Below are positions 25,053-37,685 of a stretch of DNA of 64,000 nucleotides, in pieces. The stretch comes from Chara braunii. Its lineage: Eukaryota; Plantae; Charophyceae. The DNA lies in the NCBI GenBank assembly GCA_003427395.1, contig BFEA01000036.1:4813583-4877582 (forward strand), read 5' to 3'. Under the pieces are notes generated by a model. It worked only from the letters and a program-made list of their open reading frames with translations, did no database searches and was not told where the DNA came from. The position numbers and the translations under genes are program-made. Numbering within the stretch: position 1 is the stretch's first letter; the number at the start of each line of letters is the position of its first letter.

Positions 25053-25418
25053 AACTGCCATTTCATCAAAATTGACATTTTTTTTTTTTTGAACGAAATT
25101 GAAACGAGCTTTTTCAACATTTTTGGCTGAAAACTCGTCTAAATTTTGCTGCTCCGGAGGGTCTGACGTTTTTAAAACATCGGAACCCCTGGATGTATCT
25201 GGACCTAGCTTGAGACCAGGCACATCCAGGCGGTTCCCCCTAGATGTCTTTGGTCTCAAGCCTAGTCCTGATACTTCCATCGGGTCCGGCGTTTTAAAAA
25301 CACCGGACGCTCAGGAGCAACAAAATTTAGACCTGCTTTCGGCCAAAAAAGTTGAAAAAAACTCAGTTTCAATTTCGTTCAAAAAATTAAAAATGTCCAT
25401 TTGAACGAAATGGTAGTT
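25053..25418. mobile_element. MITE family A
   Basis: AACTGCC...GGTAGTT ends with a perfect 4-bp TSD tttg. Confidence 0.9.
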
Positions 25419-25677
25419 TTTGATGATCTCACCTGTAAAGTGCTATATCGGCATGTGATCTCATACATTGATTGCTTATTATTGACATTGCTTGCAATGG
25501 AGTGGCTTAATCGTGTTCTATGGACTCTCGATGGTCTGATGCATCTTCATCGAGGTTTTTGATGGTACGCCGACCATTAGGTATGCCATCTCCAAGTGCA
25601 AACGCGATGGCTGCAATAGGCGAGGTAGGTAGCATCGACTATAGATGTATCGTACCAACAATTGTCTTTTGCCCCCT

Positions 25678-25712
<35 letters not shown>

Positions 25713-26567
25713 AAAGCCCAAGTTGTTGTAGAGGCTGCATTACAGACATATAAGACTGAACTTTGGAACTTGGTCATGCGGTAGAGCCCCCCCGATCCTA
25801 TAGGACTCCCTCCCAACCTACCTCTTTCATAATTTCTCCTGGCGCACTCCTTCTCCCACTATCCTACCTCAGTGTCTTCCACTTAGGATCGTCCCCCTCC
25901 AGTCTTGGGGGTGACCTGACCTAACCGTGGTTGTAGATACCAGGGCTAAGCTGAGTCCCACACACCCCACTCAGCCCTGATTGAAGCATATTTGTGCGAG
26001 CCTTATCACCCAACCTCCCAGGTATTTCAGGTGCTAGGTACAGACGTTTTACTACAAGTCTCATAGGTGGACCTATTTTGCATTCCTATCGTTGTGAACA
26101 CAGTTGTTGTTACCGTTGTTTGTTGTTAGGTTGATCGTTGTGCACATTGTTGTCATTACTACTTGTTTGTTGATAGTGAACCAAACATAGGAGGAAGGCA
26201 ACCCAACCAATCCTGTGGAGAGCCCCACCGACACAAGAGCCCTACCTACACCAGTCATAAACTGTACTAAGTCTCACTCTTATCAACTGTTCCTCGCTCC
26301 ATGGGTTGTCTATAGGGTCCTAGTTCAGACAGACATCGACCATGCATTGTACTACGTCTCACTCTCATCAACCGTTCGTGTTCCACGGGCGAGCTGTCCT
26401 AAGGGGTGCCCTCACCCTAACCCCTTTCGTGCCTAGCGGCGTACCCCCTACTATAATCTTGCCCCAAGAAACCTACCAACACCGACCACAGTCTGTACTA
26501 AGTCTCACTCTCATCAACCGTTCCTGAGTCTATGGGCGGTGTGTAGGTCTCTTGGTGCTGCCTCCCA

Positions 26568-26638
26568 GTAGGTAAGCGAGTTTGAACACGCGACCTCATC
26601 CATGCAATCTTCTATCGAACCTACTGAGCTACTGTGGA
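26568..26638 (-). mobile_element. tRNA-like (probable SINE head) sequence
   Basis: Minus strand: cagTAGCTCAGTAGGttcgatagaagaTTGCATggatGAGGTCGCGTGTTCAAACTCGC. A-box, B-box-like sequence and T-arm; no intact cloverleaf. Confidence 0.45.
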
Positions 26639-27510
26639 AACTGAACGATTTGTATGCAATATCGGACTGGAAGGCAAATGAACAATCATTCTCAAGTATT
26701 ATGTCCCCTCCCTTTCCCATCTTTGCCGCCCGGGCCCCTGATTCATTGAGTTGGGCATCTCCCGTTGCTATTGTATAGCTCACACCTCCACACATTTTGG
26801 GAGGTAACTTGTGAGTACCTGCAGTTCCTTTGAAGTGTCATAGCTGCGACTTGGTCCTTTGTGGACACATAAGGCACATGTGCCCACACAGACACCCAAA
26901 GGCTCAAATACATGGTACAAAATTTTGCAGTGTTTCTTTTTTTTGATAAATTGAGACCTTCATGAACAGTGGTGGCACGGAAAAACATCAATCTTCAGTT
27001 CAAAACTAACAAGAGCCAGCAAGCGTCAAACTCGCAGTTTGAGCCGCACTCCTGCACATACTTGCTACTTTAGGTCTCCGTGTGAGTGTGCTCTCAGCTG
27101 CCTTTTCCATTGACCTCATCGGGCCTCGCCAAAATACCTATGAATAGAGAAAGTATGGGAGGGGCACCCATTGATAAACTATGAANAAAAAAAAAAAAAA
27201 GAAAAAAAAAAAGAAAATCGGGAGGGGATCCGCATGCAGAAGGCGCCGCAAGATGCATGTGCAATACCTCTCTCGGCATTTTTATTTTTATTTTTTTTCG
27301 AAAGAAGATCAATCTTTATATCAAAGCCGGAAAGCGGGCCCAACATCCCTTACAAAACTCGGTGCAGCTCTGAGGTGAGTGAGGCTTTCCAGCCAAGCGA
27401 AGATGGTGCCACAACTGTTTCAAGGGCAAAATTCGTCCTTCTCACCATCTCTTTCATCAACTCTCCAATTTATTCTAGCATTGTTAGTGCTATCCTACAA
27501 TAGTCCATAC

Positions 27511-27746
27511 CATACTTGCAAGCGGACGCCGTCCGGGCGGTTCCGCATGTGCGACAGATCGCCGGAGCGGACCCGCACGGCGCACGAATGTGCGCCCGAC
27601 GACCAGTTACGGCCCACCCAAAAAAACAAAAAAAAAAGCACCCCCGTTTGGTCCGGTCCGGGTCCGTTTGGTCTGGGGGGAAGGTGCCGCACGCGGCAAA
27701 GCGGACCGGATCGGACGCTCGTCCGGTCAGTCTGCTTGCAAGTATG
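27511..27746. mobile_element. hAT-like MITE
   Basis: TIR CATACTTGCAAGC(G/A)GAC; 8-bp TSD gtccatac/gtctatac; internal ccgg/gtccg motifs. Confidence 0.85.
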
Positions 27747-28157
27747 GTCTATACTATCTTTTTTTTTCTTTTTTTTTCCGTAACTCTGTATGTGGGAAAA
27801 CCTACTTTATGAACACTTTGTACAAGTCTGCAAACCACTATGTAGAATCACAGAAAAACCTCGGAAAAACGCAGACAAGACCTTTGACCTGAGAGTTAAT
27901 CCTCTGCTACTAACACCGCCAAAGCAGCCCTGTGTGCAGTTAAACCACCTGTACTTCCTAAAGTCGTGCCCTTCAACGCTACGCGATTTTAGGAAATGTA
28001 CGGGTCATTGCAGGAGCGCCCAAATTCATCCAACTAGAAACTTTCTACTCTATTTTTTTCCGCGGCCGATAGTTGGGCCAAGTACTGGTGGTTTAAGTAC
28101 TGCATTGCCTCTCTTGTAAACCCCTACCATTGTACCTAGTATTCCCAGTCTACCTGT

Positions 28158-29101
28158 AACACCGAATTCATGAAAGCCTTACAAAACGACAAAACCTAAC
28201 ATTTTTTATAGAATAAAAAAAAACAACATCAAACTATTTTTTTTGACACATAAAAATTAATATTTTTAACTGTGTCCCGAGAAAGGATGCAAAAAAACGG
28301 GCAAAAAGTCTAGCAATTTTTTAGATATGCAAGAAAATCATTTTTAGCAAAGAGCGTGTTATAGGACTATAAATTGTTCTTAGTAGATTGACAAAAAACA
28401 GAGCGTAAACAAGACAATCCTTAAGAACTCGAAATATGTACAAAAAAAACAGTTTTAGTGAATACTCATTTATAAAACTATAAGTTATTTTCAGTACTTG
28501 GTAAAAACCAAGATCTCTGAAAACTAATTTATAGATCTGTAAATCATATAAGTCATTTTTTGAGCCAACTGTAAAACCCTTGTCAAAAAACATGTTATTT
28601 AAAAGACGAATTTAAACAACTTTTGTCTCGGAAAAATCTTCAAATTTTCAACCAACCACGATCTAAAATTAAGAAATGATAAAATATTGTAATAAAAAAT
28701 AATATATTCGTCCATGTACGAGAGAACATATTCAAGCGAACATATTCGTGAAAAGGATAACATATGGCGTGTTTGGGAGACCATCCAACACGTTCATCGT
28801 GTTGCATACCTTATAGAACTATAAATATGATTTCTTTACATAAAGAAAAAAATGGAATATTTTGGTTCATGAAGAAACAGTGTTTTGGAAGGTATCGATT
28901 TTTTGTAAAAAAACTTGTTTTTCTCCTCACCACTTCGAGTGGTTTTGAAAAAGCAGTTTTTTATTCCATTTTTTGCGGATCTTTAACTTCACCTAGAATT
29001 TTGTTGATACAGGAGGCTTGAAAAACGTTTTATGAGAATCTTTGAAAATTTTTGTGCAAACCTAACAATTTGTTTTGTTGGGTTTTCATGAATCATATGT
29101 T
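28158..29101. mobile_element. MITE family B (AAC...GTT ends, 4-bp TSD)
   Basis: TIRs aacaccgaattcatgaaa / tttcatgaatcatatgtt. TSD ctgt. The empty site is visible in the duplicate at 61946-61949. Confidence 0.9.
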
Positions 29102-29397
29102 CTGTATGGCTTGTTTAATGCCATACTTAACCTCAGCTTGGAGCATCGGTGGCGTCAACCGTTCTCCGTGTTGAAGATCAAGTGTCGTACCTATTTTGAT
29201 CAGTGGTCCATCGAGCCACATTAAAAAAAGAAAAAGTGGAACGATGACTGGATTCTGACGGGCCGCAGGGCAACAAACTTGAACACCCAAAATGGAGGGG
29301 GCTATATTGCTCAGGTGGCAACTTAAAGGGTATTGCGGTTAGGTAGGAATGCGAAAGTGTTTAAGGGGGAGGAGACTTCACAACTGCAGATGCAAAT

Positions 29398-29736
29398 AGG
29401 AGTGCGTTTTCAACTCAGATTGACGACTTTGGTGGATTGGTCTCGAAGAGTCAAAAATAAAAAACCAGGCAAAAGGAAATATCAATGGTTTCTGAGAACC
29501 TGGGGCCAGAGAGACCAGTTGGGAACCCGCAAAATGCAGGGACAACTGATATTGGGCCGTTGTCCCTGCATTGTCCCCTCGATCAAAATGCCCTGCATAT
29601 TTTGATCGATGCCTGCTGGTTTCTCTGGCCCTACGTTCTCAGAAACTATTGATATTTCCTCTTGCCTGGTTTTTTCTTTTTGACTCTTCCATCACAATTC
29701 ACCAAAACAACCAATCTCAGTTGAAAACGCACTCCC
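29398..29736. mobile_element. Fold-back MITE (GGG...CCC-type ends, possible 3-bp TSD aat; PIF/Harbinger-like)
   Basis: Arms of ~130 bp (gagtgcgttttcaactcagattg... / ...caatctcagttgaaaacgcactccc). Paralogue at 62135-62461. Confidence 0.75.
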
Positions 29737-30296
29737 AATTTTTTTCTTTCGGGCGAAGATGCACTCCACATGTTCTTCTTTTGGTGCGTAGTAAAGGGAA
29801 TAAACTGTTTTTGAGGCATGTACGAAGTGTTCATATTTCCTCTTGCCAGGAGGATTCTACATAGTGGTTTGCAGACTTATACGAAGCGTTCATATTTCCT
29901 CTTACCTGGCTGAATGAGAATAAACTGTTTTTGGCGGGAAGGGGGTTTTCTGGTACTCTAAGCGGAATTGTGTAGACCCGGCCTCAATTACTTTTTTTTT
30001 TGTAAAGGGGTCCATGCCGTTGTACTTTATCATTATATATTTCAAAAAGTCGCGTTCAGTAGTTTTTCACTATGCGTATTATCCTTCCTTCTTCTCTCTG
30101 TGTGTTTGTCTACCCCCTTTGACCCTCTGTCTCGATTTGGCTCTGCCTTTGATTGGTCCTCGTCTCTTTCCATGTTGATGACGTCACTATTGAATGCGTA
30201 TTAACGAAGGCTTTGTGTTTTCACATAATACTTCAACTCACGAAGTAACGTCCGTAAGAATTATACTACGTGAACGTGTGACTTCGACTTGTTACT

Positions 30297-31629
30297 ATGG
30301 CTTCAAACCTACCTACCTCTACTATTGTTTATACATGCTTTAATTATGGTGATCCCAAGATTCCCAACCATTTTGCTAGATGGTGTCCGCATCCCCGTCA
30401 AGTTGCGTCAACCTCAGAGTAACGTTGTTGTTCCCGCACGAGCCCCTTTATCGACTTTACCTTCTAGCTCTGCCCCGTCGACTGCTATTGTGTCCCATGT
30501 TTCTAATCCTGCAGGTTCCTATCAAAGAGACAATGTATGGTACCAAGCACGTCAGCGTTTGGAGTACCTGGAAGGCACAGTTGCCGCCATCAAGATTCGA
30601 TATGACGTCGATGTCGAACGTGAGAAGACAAAACAGGTTAAAGATGAGAAATCGAAGAAAGACCAGGAGGATGACGAAAGGAGGGCTAAAGATAGAAGGG
30701 AGTGTGAGGACTTTCAGAGGCAGTTGACCGAGTGTATGAACAGCAAACTAGACACGGTGTGCTTGGCGCTTTCAGGTTTAGAAGTTGGAGAACATGGAAG
30801 CATCGCGCAAGGGTGCGGCTCCTCTTGGCACGGTAGTGCACGCCTCTGTCTCGCACAACAATGATGATGTTTTGGCTAGACTGCTGACGGATCAGGAGAA
30901 GATGAAGATTCAGCTTGATGAAGCGCTGGCCGCAAGGCGGCGGATGAAAATTTTGGAAAAAGAAATGATGACTATTCGGCTCGCTAGGGATAAAGCACGT
31001 CCCGAAGCTGAAGCTTGGAGGCAGGAGTCTACTCGGTCTAGCTCCAAACGTGGTTGTGTGGCACTTTCTACTCCGAATGCTCAGGCTACTACTCTGCCAC
31101 GCCAGACTCCTGTCAAGGCTCCTACGGTTCGGGTTGAGTACAAGGACCTGAAGCACATGCATCAGCTTGAGGTCGATACACTCCAAGAGATGAGGCTGCG
31201 TGAGATGAATAGTAGGAGGGAAGCAGAGCAGGAACTTGAGGTTGCCAAGGAGAGAATTGCACAGCTGAAGGCAGAGAAGGTTAGCAAAACTCCTCTCTCA
31301 AAATTCAGGGTTTGACTGGATGAAGCCGGTGTGAAAAGTTCCGCCAAAGGAAAGAAGAAGATTGTCAACAAGCAGATGACTAAGTTGAATGATCGGGAAG
31401 CCTTCATCAAGGAGACACGCAAATCCTTGCCAGTAAAGAAGGATAAGCAGACAACAATCTGCGTTCAGGAAGGCATAAAGTATACTACTATTTGACTATT
31501 GATGAGATTGTGGCAAAACGGGTGTTGGAAGCTTTTCCTCCGGTCAAAGATAACTCGGTGGTTGACGTTTCGGAAGATTTGGGTGGGGACGACTCTACGA
31601 GTGCCGGTGATGAGTCTACAGCATCTTAG
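30297..31629 (+). pseudogene. PLE2 ORF1: CCHC-like knuckle + long coiled coil (frameshifted)
   Basis: The ATG at 30297 reads MASNLPTSTIVYTCFNYGDPKIPNHFARWCP. Coiled-coil ORFs 30289-30864 and 30785-31315. C-terminal ICVQEGIKY resembles PLE1 LCNEEGIEW. Confidence 0.7.
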
Positions 31630-31643
31630 GGTCTCTCCCGGAC

Positions 31644-33429
31644 GTGGATGATCTATGGTTATTAGCGCAACGTTCTTGTAAGTTGAGATCTTCTTATTCT
31701 ACTTCTCGTCTTCGATGTCAGGTGCTGAATTCTTTTTTCCAAGTTGTGGTGACTGCCTTTGTCCTCCAAGGATGCATTCCTTGGGCTTCAAAGTTCGCTG
31801 GATGTATTGCTGACTCATGGCTTGTAGGGGATGATTACAACAAAGGTTCGTTGGTATACTTATTGGTTTCGCCCTGCTGCAGATATGTATATATAGGTAG
31901 TACTGAAAAAGATCTCCATTCGAGGTGGTGTGAACATGTGTATCAGGCTTGTAATGATAATTTGATTTCTAAGACCAGTAGAAATGAACGACTGTATGGA
32001 TGGCTTCGACGGTGTGGGATTCAGCAGTATGTGGCGATTCCGATTTGGTTTTCTTCCCTAAGTGATTTGCTCTCATTAGAGAACTTCTTCATTCAGCAAT
32101 TTAGTCCCTCACTTAATTTGAGGGGTGTTCCAAGGAAGTGTAGGAGAAAACGACCTGGTAAGAAAGAAGTTCAAAGAACGTGCCAAAAAATCCGCCCGTT
32201 ATATTGCTTATATTACCGTAGTTTCTGCAGTATCTTTTTCCTCTGATCATGTTCTTCACGTTTCCTCTTCCTCTTCTTCTTTCACGTCTGTCTTAAAATC
32301 ATTTCGTTCTTTCCCCTTGGTATTTTGTTCTTCAAATGGTGTTATCTCGACTAGCCTACTTCAAGTTCTTAATTCTGCTTCTAATGCTGGTGTGCCTACC
32401 CTGATTGTTGTTTGCAAAGGAGGTTGTGACGAACCACTTTCTGTCTCCGTGCGATTTTCTGCGCGATGACAATGAGGGGTCCTAAGCTGGGAAGGTTGGG
32501 CCAACTACGGGAGATCGGGATCGACGGAAAAATTGCATCGGTGTCCTCGCTTCTTCGTCTTTTTTGCGTCGCTCCTTTTCGAATGGCCGGGCTCAGAGTT
32601 GGGCAAGTCCCGGGATGATCGGTTGAGTGCCGCGCCGACACGTGCGCGATTAATAATGGTTGACGTCGCTTATTTTTGTTTTGCTGTCGGGTTTTTGGCG
32701 CGGTGATCGCGCGGGAGTTTTTGCTTCTCTCTTTTTGAAATTCTCTTCCGAATCTTGTCAAGCCCTCGATGACTCTCAGAATTTCGGACTTTCTTTTCGG
32801 AATTGTGCTTTATTTCTTTTTGCATTTTTGCATTAGATAGGAATTTAGAAATTTGGAACTTCTTTTGTTGCGCAGTGCTTTTTGCTTGCGCGACTATTTT
32901 TTCGGCAGCAACGGAGCTCTGATTAGCCGACGCCCTTAATCTTGCGTGTAACCGTAATTTTTGGGCGGGCGCCCTTGTAACTGTATCTTTCTTCTTGAGC
33001 TTCGTCTTTCCCCCTCTCCCTCTCTTCTTTGCAGTGTCTAATCGGCCCGCAGGCTGCATGATCGGATCAATGCGTGGAGAGCGGCTACGTTCCCCACGCC
33101 TCGATCTGTCCATGCGGAACGTAGGCATTCGCTCCCCTTCTTTCCTTCTAAGTCCTTGCAATTCCGTGTTCTTCTCGCATGGGATTAGATAGCTCTCTCA
33201 AACAAATGCTGGAAGCTCGGGGTAGCACGATCAGTGAGGGTCGGCTCACGAGCGAAGTAAGAGGTGAGTGAAGTGGGACTTGGGCGACCCGACGAGCTGG
33301 TGCTGAATGTGCAGGATTGACGCGTGGGGCTACGACGGACTATAGCGTGCGGGCGAATCCAACGGGCACAGGAGGACTAAGCGGGGTGACAACTTCGTGG
33401 GTTGGTGTGTGACAACGAACTGTCCGCAT

Positions 33430-33498
<69 letters not shown>

Positions 33499-36400
33499 GA
33501 GATGGATGGACGTGGAGTGGCGGTTTTCTTTGTCTTCTCCTTTGTTTTTGTATATAAGTTTTGATTGTGGCTACGAGCGATCGGCCCTTATTTTTCGATT
33601 CGGCATCTCTCCTTGTTTTCGCCTTGATTAGGGTTTCTTCTCGATTTTGATCTACTTCTTTTTGTGTGTGACGAATGGACGAGTTCTGCGTGGTTGAATG
33701 ATGTGCTAGTTGTTTCTCTTTTTGCTCATCTTAGCTCATGATGAATGGCTAATGACAGGAATTGATGTTGTGCGATGTCGAATGTATGATGTTGTATCAC
33801 TTTGCATAAACGGGAATATTTGTTGACCATGGGATCACTGAATTATTAGATGATTGGGTGATTGTCTATGCCACTTAGCGATTTTGCATGTAGGGCGAAA
33901 ACTTCACAGTTGCACGAAAATCAACCCGTGTACAACCGAACGCCTCGTGTGCGCACGTGTAAGCACGATCTTACCAGCGCAGCCTACACGTGTCCACACA
34001 CGAACGATTCTCGATCACTGACAAACTTGGCACCTCCGATAGGAATTTCCGCCACCAAACCCGAAAATTCCCTTATCAACCGAAGCACGATCAAATACGT
34101 ACACTAGAATGACAAGATGTCGTACGTCGCGGACTGGGAGAATTCGCGGGATCCAGAATACTTAGAACACTGGGGAGAAGGGTACCTTAGGCTGAGATAT
34201 CCGGGATTTCCCTATCTAACCGAGAACCGACTGTGCGCCAGGGAATTTCACTATGCCATAACCAGCGACCCGAGGTGCCCCGATTACCCAACTACGTATA
34301 ACACGCAATACTTCATATCCCCCGGCTTCGTCGTTATTGCTACCAATTTCCCTCCCTTTCGCATCCTCCTCCCATACCACCAGCTCACGGTGGTTCCGTA
34401 GAGCTCCATAGCCCCATATTGACCCCATACGCCATGCAGAAATTGCAGACGGCGCGACAACCGCTGAGCTTCTGGGGATACGAAGCCTAACCATAACTCG
34501 CCACATGTCCCCACCCGGAGGTCCGACTCCTAGAAATCGCCACCCTTACGGACGGACCTCTCCCGAACCGTCGCCACCGAAACAAGTGGACCGGACGGCC
34601 TGGGATGCACCGCGCATGCCATCTACCTTACGTTGCATGATATTGACCGCCATCAGACCGAAAGTAACCCGTCCCTTAGCCTTATTGGACCCATGCACCT
34701 GAACCCCCGCCATAGGAGATCTTAGTTCTGACCTGGGACTCCACCCTCACTTTCCCAAAAATCCTTGGCACACCCCTTTTCGCACTTCCAAGCCCACATC
34801 CCACTCCGATAAGGAAGTCGCGTCGGGCCTGAGGTTGGGCGTCACAAGGTCCTTTCTTTGTTGATAATTGGAAAGTTGTTAAGCGTTGTTTCGGTAGTTC
34901 GGTCATTTCATGTTCTTTCGGACGGGACTTCCTTCGATTGTCGAAGGGCTGGCTGATCAATGGTGTTGTTATCTCATTCCATTCTATTGTCCCTTTTTGC
35001 TGCAGATCGCTGTCTTTGAAACCTTCTTTGGTGGACTTTTTTAGTAATCCGGTCTCTAGGCGACAACTTCGGTCATGGTCGTTAGAGCACCTTGTGAATG
35101 CTTTCTCTGTTATTCGCTGTTTGCAGGAAAAAAGGTCACGGTTCCGACTGCGGTTGATCTTGTCTAAAGCTATTGCATCCTGTTTTGGGCTTCCAATAAG
35201 AAAGAGATTGACGATAAGAATTGTGTTTGACAATGTTTTTATAAGAGTGAGATTCATAGGCTCTGTGTTAAATTGATAAGAAGACTAAATATTGTCGTCT
35301 AGTGGAAGTCTATGCTCACATGGCACATGCGTGTGGTTAGGCGAAAAAATAAGACAGTAGGCAGTTACTTGCATAATTTTCATACGTTCGCTAAGACTTC
35401 AGAGCCTGTTTGATGCTGCCAGTCTCGTGGTGAAGATTTGCCACAGATAGGCAATCATGTGGCTTTCCGTCTTAGTGATGCTGACCTTTTTCTCGGATGG
35501 ATGCGAAACTCTCGTAACATTATTCATTCCTCTTCTGACTCGATCTCCTGTCTTCGTCATCGGATCTCCAAATCCTTCGCTACTATCCCTCAGCTTAATT
35601 TTTCATCATTTCACCCTCTCTTGATCAATTCTTCGCTGGCTAGATGTGTTTCCTCTGCCTCACCTTCCTTTGTCTTCTCCGCATCTACTGCTTCTTCCGG
35701 TCTTTATAATAAGTGTAATCTCGATGATATTCTTTCTCAGCTTGGTCGGCTTGAAGGATTCGTCCGTTGTCCCATAGATCGCAATCCAGGTGACACTTTC
35801 GTTTGTTGTCCAGTAATTTACTTTAATGCTATGAGTAAACTTTTCTTTGGTAACCCTTCCTTCTCTCATGTACCTGATAGTCGATCGAGTGTTCTGAGCT
35901 TATGTTGTGCTTAGTTTGGGGAAGGGAAGTTTGAGCGTTATGGTAAATGGGACAAGCAGGGTGAGATCGGTCATGCTTATTGTCTCCCTAAGCATAAGAA
36001 TGTTGAGCGTTGGTGACCTATCTGTCCTTCGTTTGTTGAGGGGAGCATTGTTTGTGGTCGGAGAATGACGTATGCTATCAATGCACCTTTGTGGCATCTT
36101 CCGGATAACTTTCATTTTAATCTCAGGTGTACTATGGATTTTGTGCCTGAAATTGTCGCTCTGAATGAAAGTCTGCGAAATGGTGAAAGTTTGTTGAGGC
36201 ATCCTTCGATTTTGTGCCTAAAATTGTCACTCTGAATGGATTTTGTGCCTGAAATTGTCACTCTGAATGAAAGTCTGTTCGATGGGTTACGGATTATAGG
36301 GCGGGGGAACAGTTCAAGGGTGTTTTGGTGAGATCGCATGGGAAGCTTGCCAGACTGACGAAGGGAAAAAGTGAAAACGGGTGGCTGATGATTAACTTCA

Positions 36401-37113
36401 AGGACATTGTTTGTTTTGTGGTTTTTGAGTTAGAGCGTACATATGTAATGGCTTCTGGACACTTGTTAAGACAGACTGGTGGTATCCCTATGAGCAAGAC
36501 AACCAGTCCTGCGTTGACCTGTTTGCTATGCGCGTTCAACGAGTACTGCTTCTTGACTTCACTCGGTAGCGATCGTAAGTTGGTGAAAGGTTTCCTCATT
36601 GTTGATGGCGTCTCCATTTTTGTAAGATGCTCTTCTTCAGCAAAGTCTTCTGGAGTGTCCGCCTCGGGTATAATTGAACATTTTTGACATTTTTACGACT
36701 CCGATCTAATTCTTGAGCAAACCAACATTGACGACAACTGGGATTATATTGGTTGTGTGGTTAAGGTCTTCTAGGATCCTGCTCGGGTGGCCTGCTTTGC
36801 TACCCACAAGAATCAGCAGTTGCTTCTGGATCACGGTTTGTTTTTTCAGTCGCTCCAGGATTTCTCTTCTTATTCTAGTAAACAACAAAAGATAGCTGTT
36901 ATCATTTCTTTTCTGCACCTAGCTAGGATTTTTTCTTCAGTTCCGGGCACGGAAGTTCCTTTTCCACTGACTCTGAAACATGAGCTATGGTTGAGGGGTT
37001 ATCATGATTCTTTTTTCGATGCTGCTCTTTTGAATTTTTCATGGAAATTCTTTGGCTGTTGGGACAATTGGTTGGGCATCTTGACGAATTGGCAATGGAT
37101 GTGGAAGAGGTAG
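31644..37113 (+). pseudogene. PLE2 ORF2: GIY-YIG endonuclease + RT (disrupted)
   Basis: LVYLLVSPCCRYVYIGSTE...RWCEH...ENFFIQQFSPSLN; PIDRNPG; QTGGIPMS; IVDG; C-terminal ELWLRGY. Confidence 0.88.
32425..34846 (-). mobile_element. Solo LTR (2.4 kb)
   Basis: TGTGACG...CGTCACA termini and TSD aggt. Excising it restores the PLE2 frame (CKGG-PFFVDNWKVV). TATATA at 33551 with a (CT)n leader suggests minus orientation. Confidence 0.82.
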
Positions 37114-37640
37114 AAGTTGGCAAGTGATTTTTGCTTTTTTGTTGTTGCTATTGCCATGTGTGTGTCAAGGCCGCCAACATATGATCATGGCAGGTAGGAT
37201 GATCTAAGGGCAAGGGAAAAATGATGTTATCAATATTAAGAATTGTTCGACCTGTAGATTTTGATAATGGCCAGGCCTCAAAACCGTGCCTTGTGCAGTG
37301 TTTGGTTGACTATGTAAGAGTTCGAGGACCGGACCTCTTTCTTTTCTAGGACGGTTCGACCCTTTGGGTACTAGTGAGGCCCTTACTTTTTTATAGTTAC
37401 CTGGTTTTGAAAATGTGATCTGTTCCTTCGTGAAGATTTTTTCCTATCTGTTGGAAGAATGTAAACGAGAGTTCGAGGAATAGGTTCCGAATGAGTGTAA
37501 GACCTTGCTATTGTGAGTACCGGATGTTTCGTAGGTTCTGACGATTGTGGCTGAAGTCTCTGGTCTTTTATACTTCTAGACTATGATAAATACGCGGTCT
37601 CGTCGATTCATTTTTTATCACTTGCGACGACGACGACCAA

Positions 37641-37685
37641 GACCCCTGATGATGGCTGGTTGGTGGGCCAGCCGAAACTAGGGTC
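37641..37685 (+). ncRNA. Minimal hammerhead ribozyme (PLE2 3' end), stem III shortened
   Basis: GACCC-CTGATGA-T-GGCTGG-ttggtggg-CCAGCC-GAAA-C-TA/GGGTC. Perfect 5-bp stem I and 6-bp stem II. Confidence 0.75.

Noticed and set aside
26568-26638. Functional tRNA genes (also 39761-39831)
   Set aside because: Acceptor, D and anticodon stems do not pair properly; kept only as SINE-like heads.
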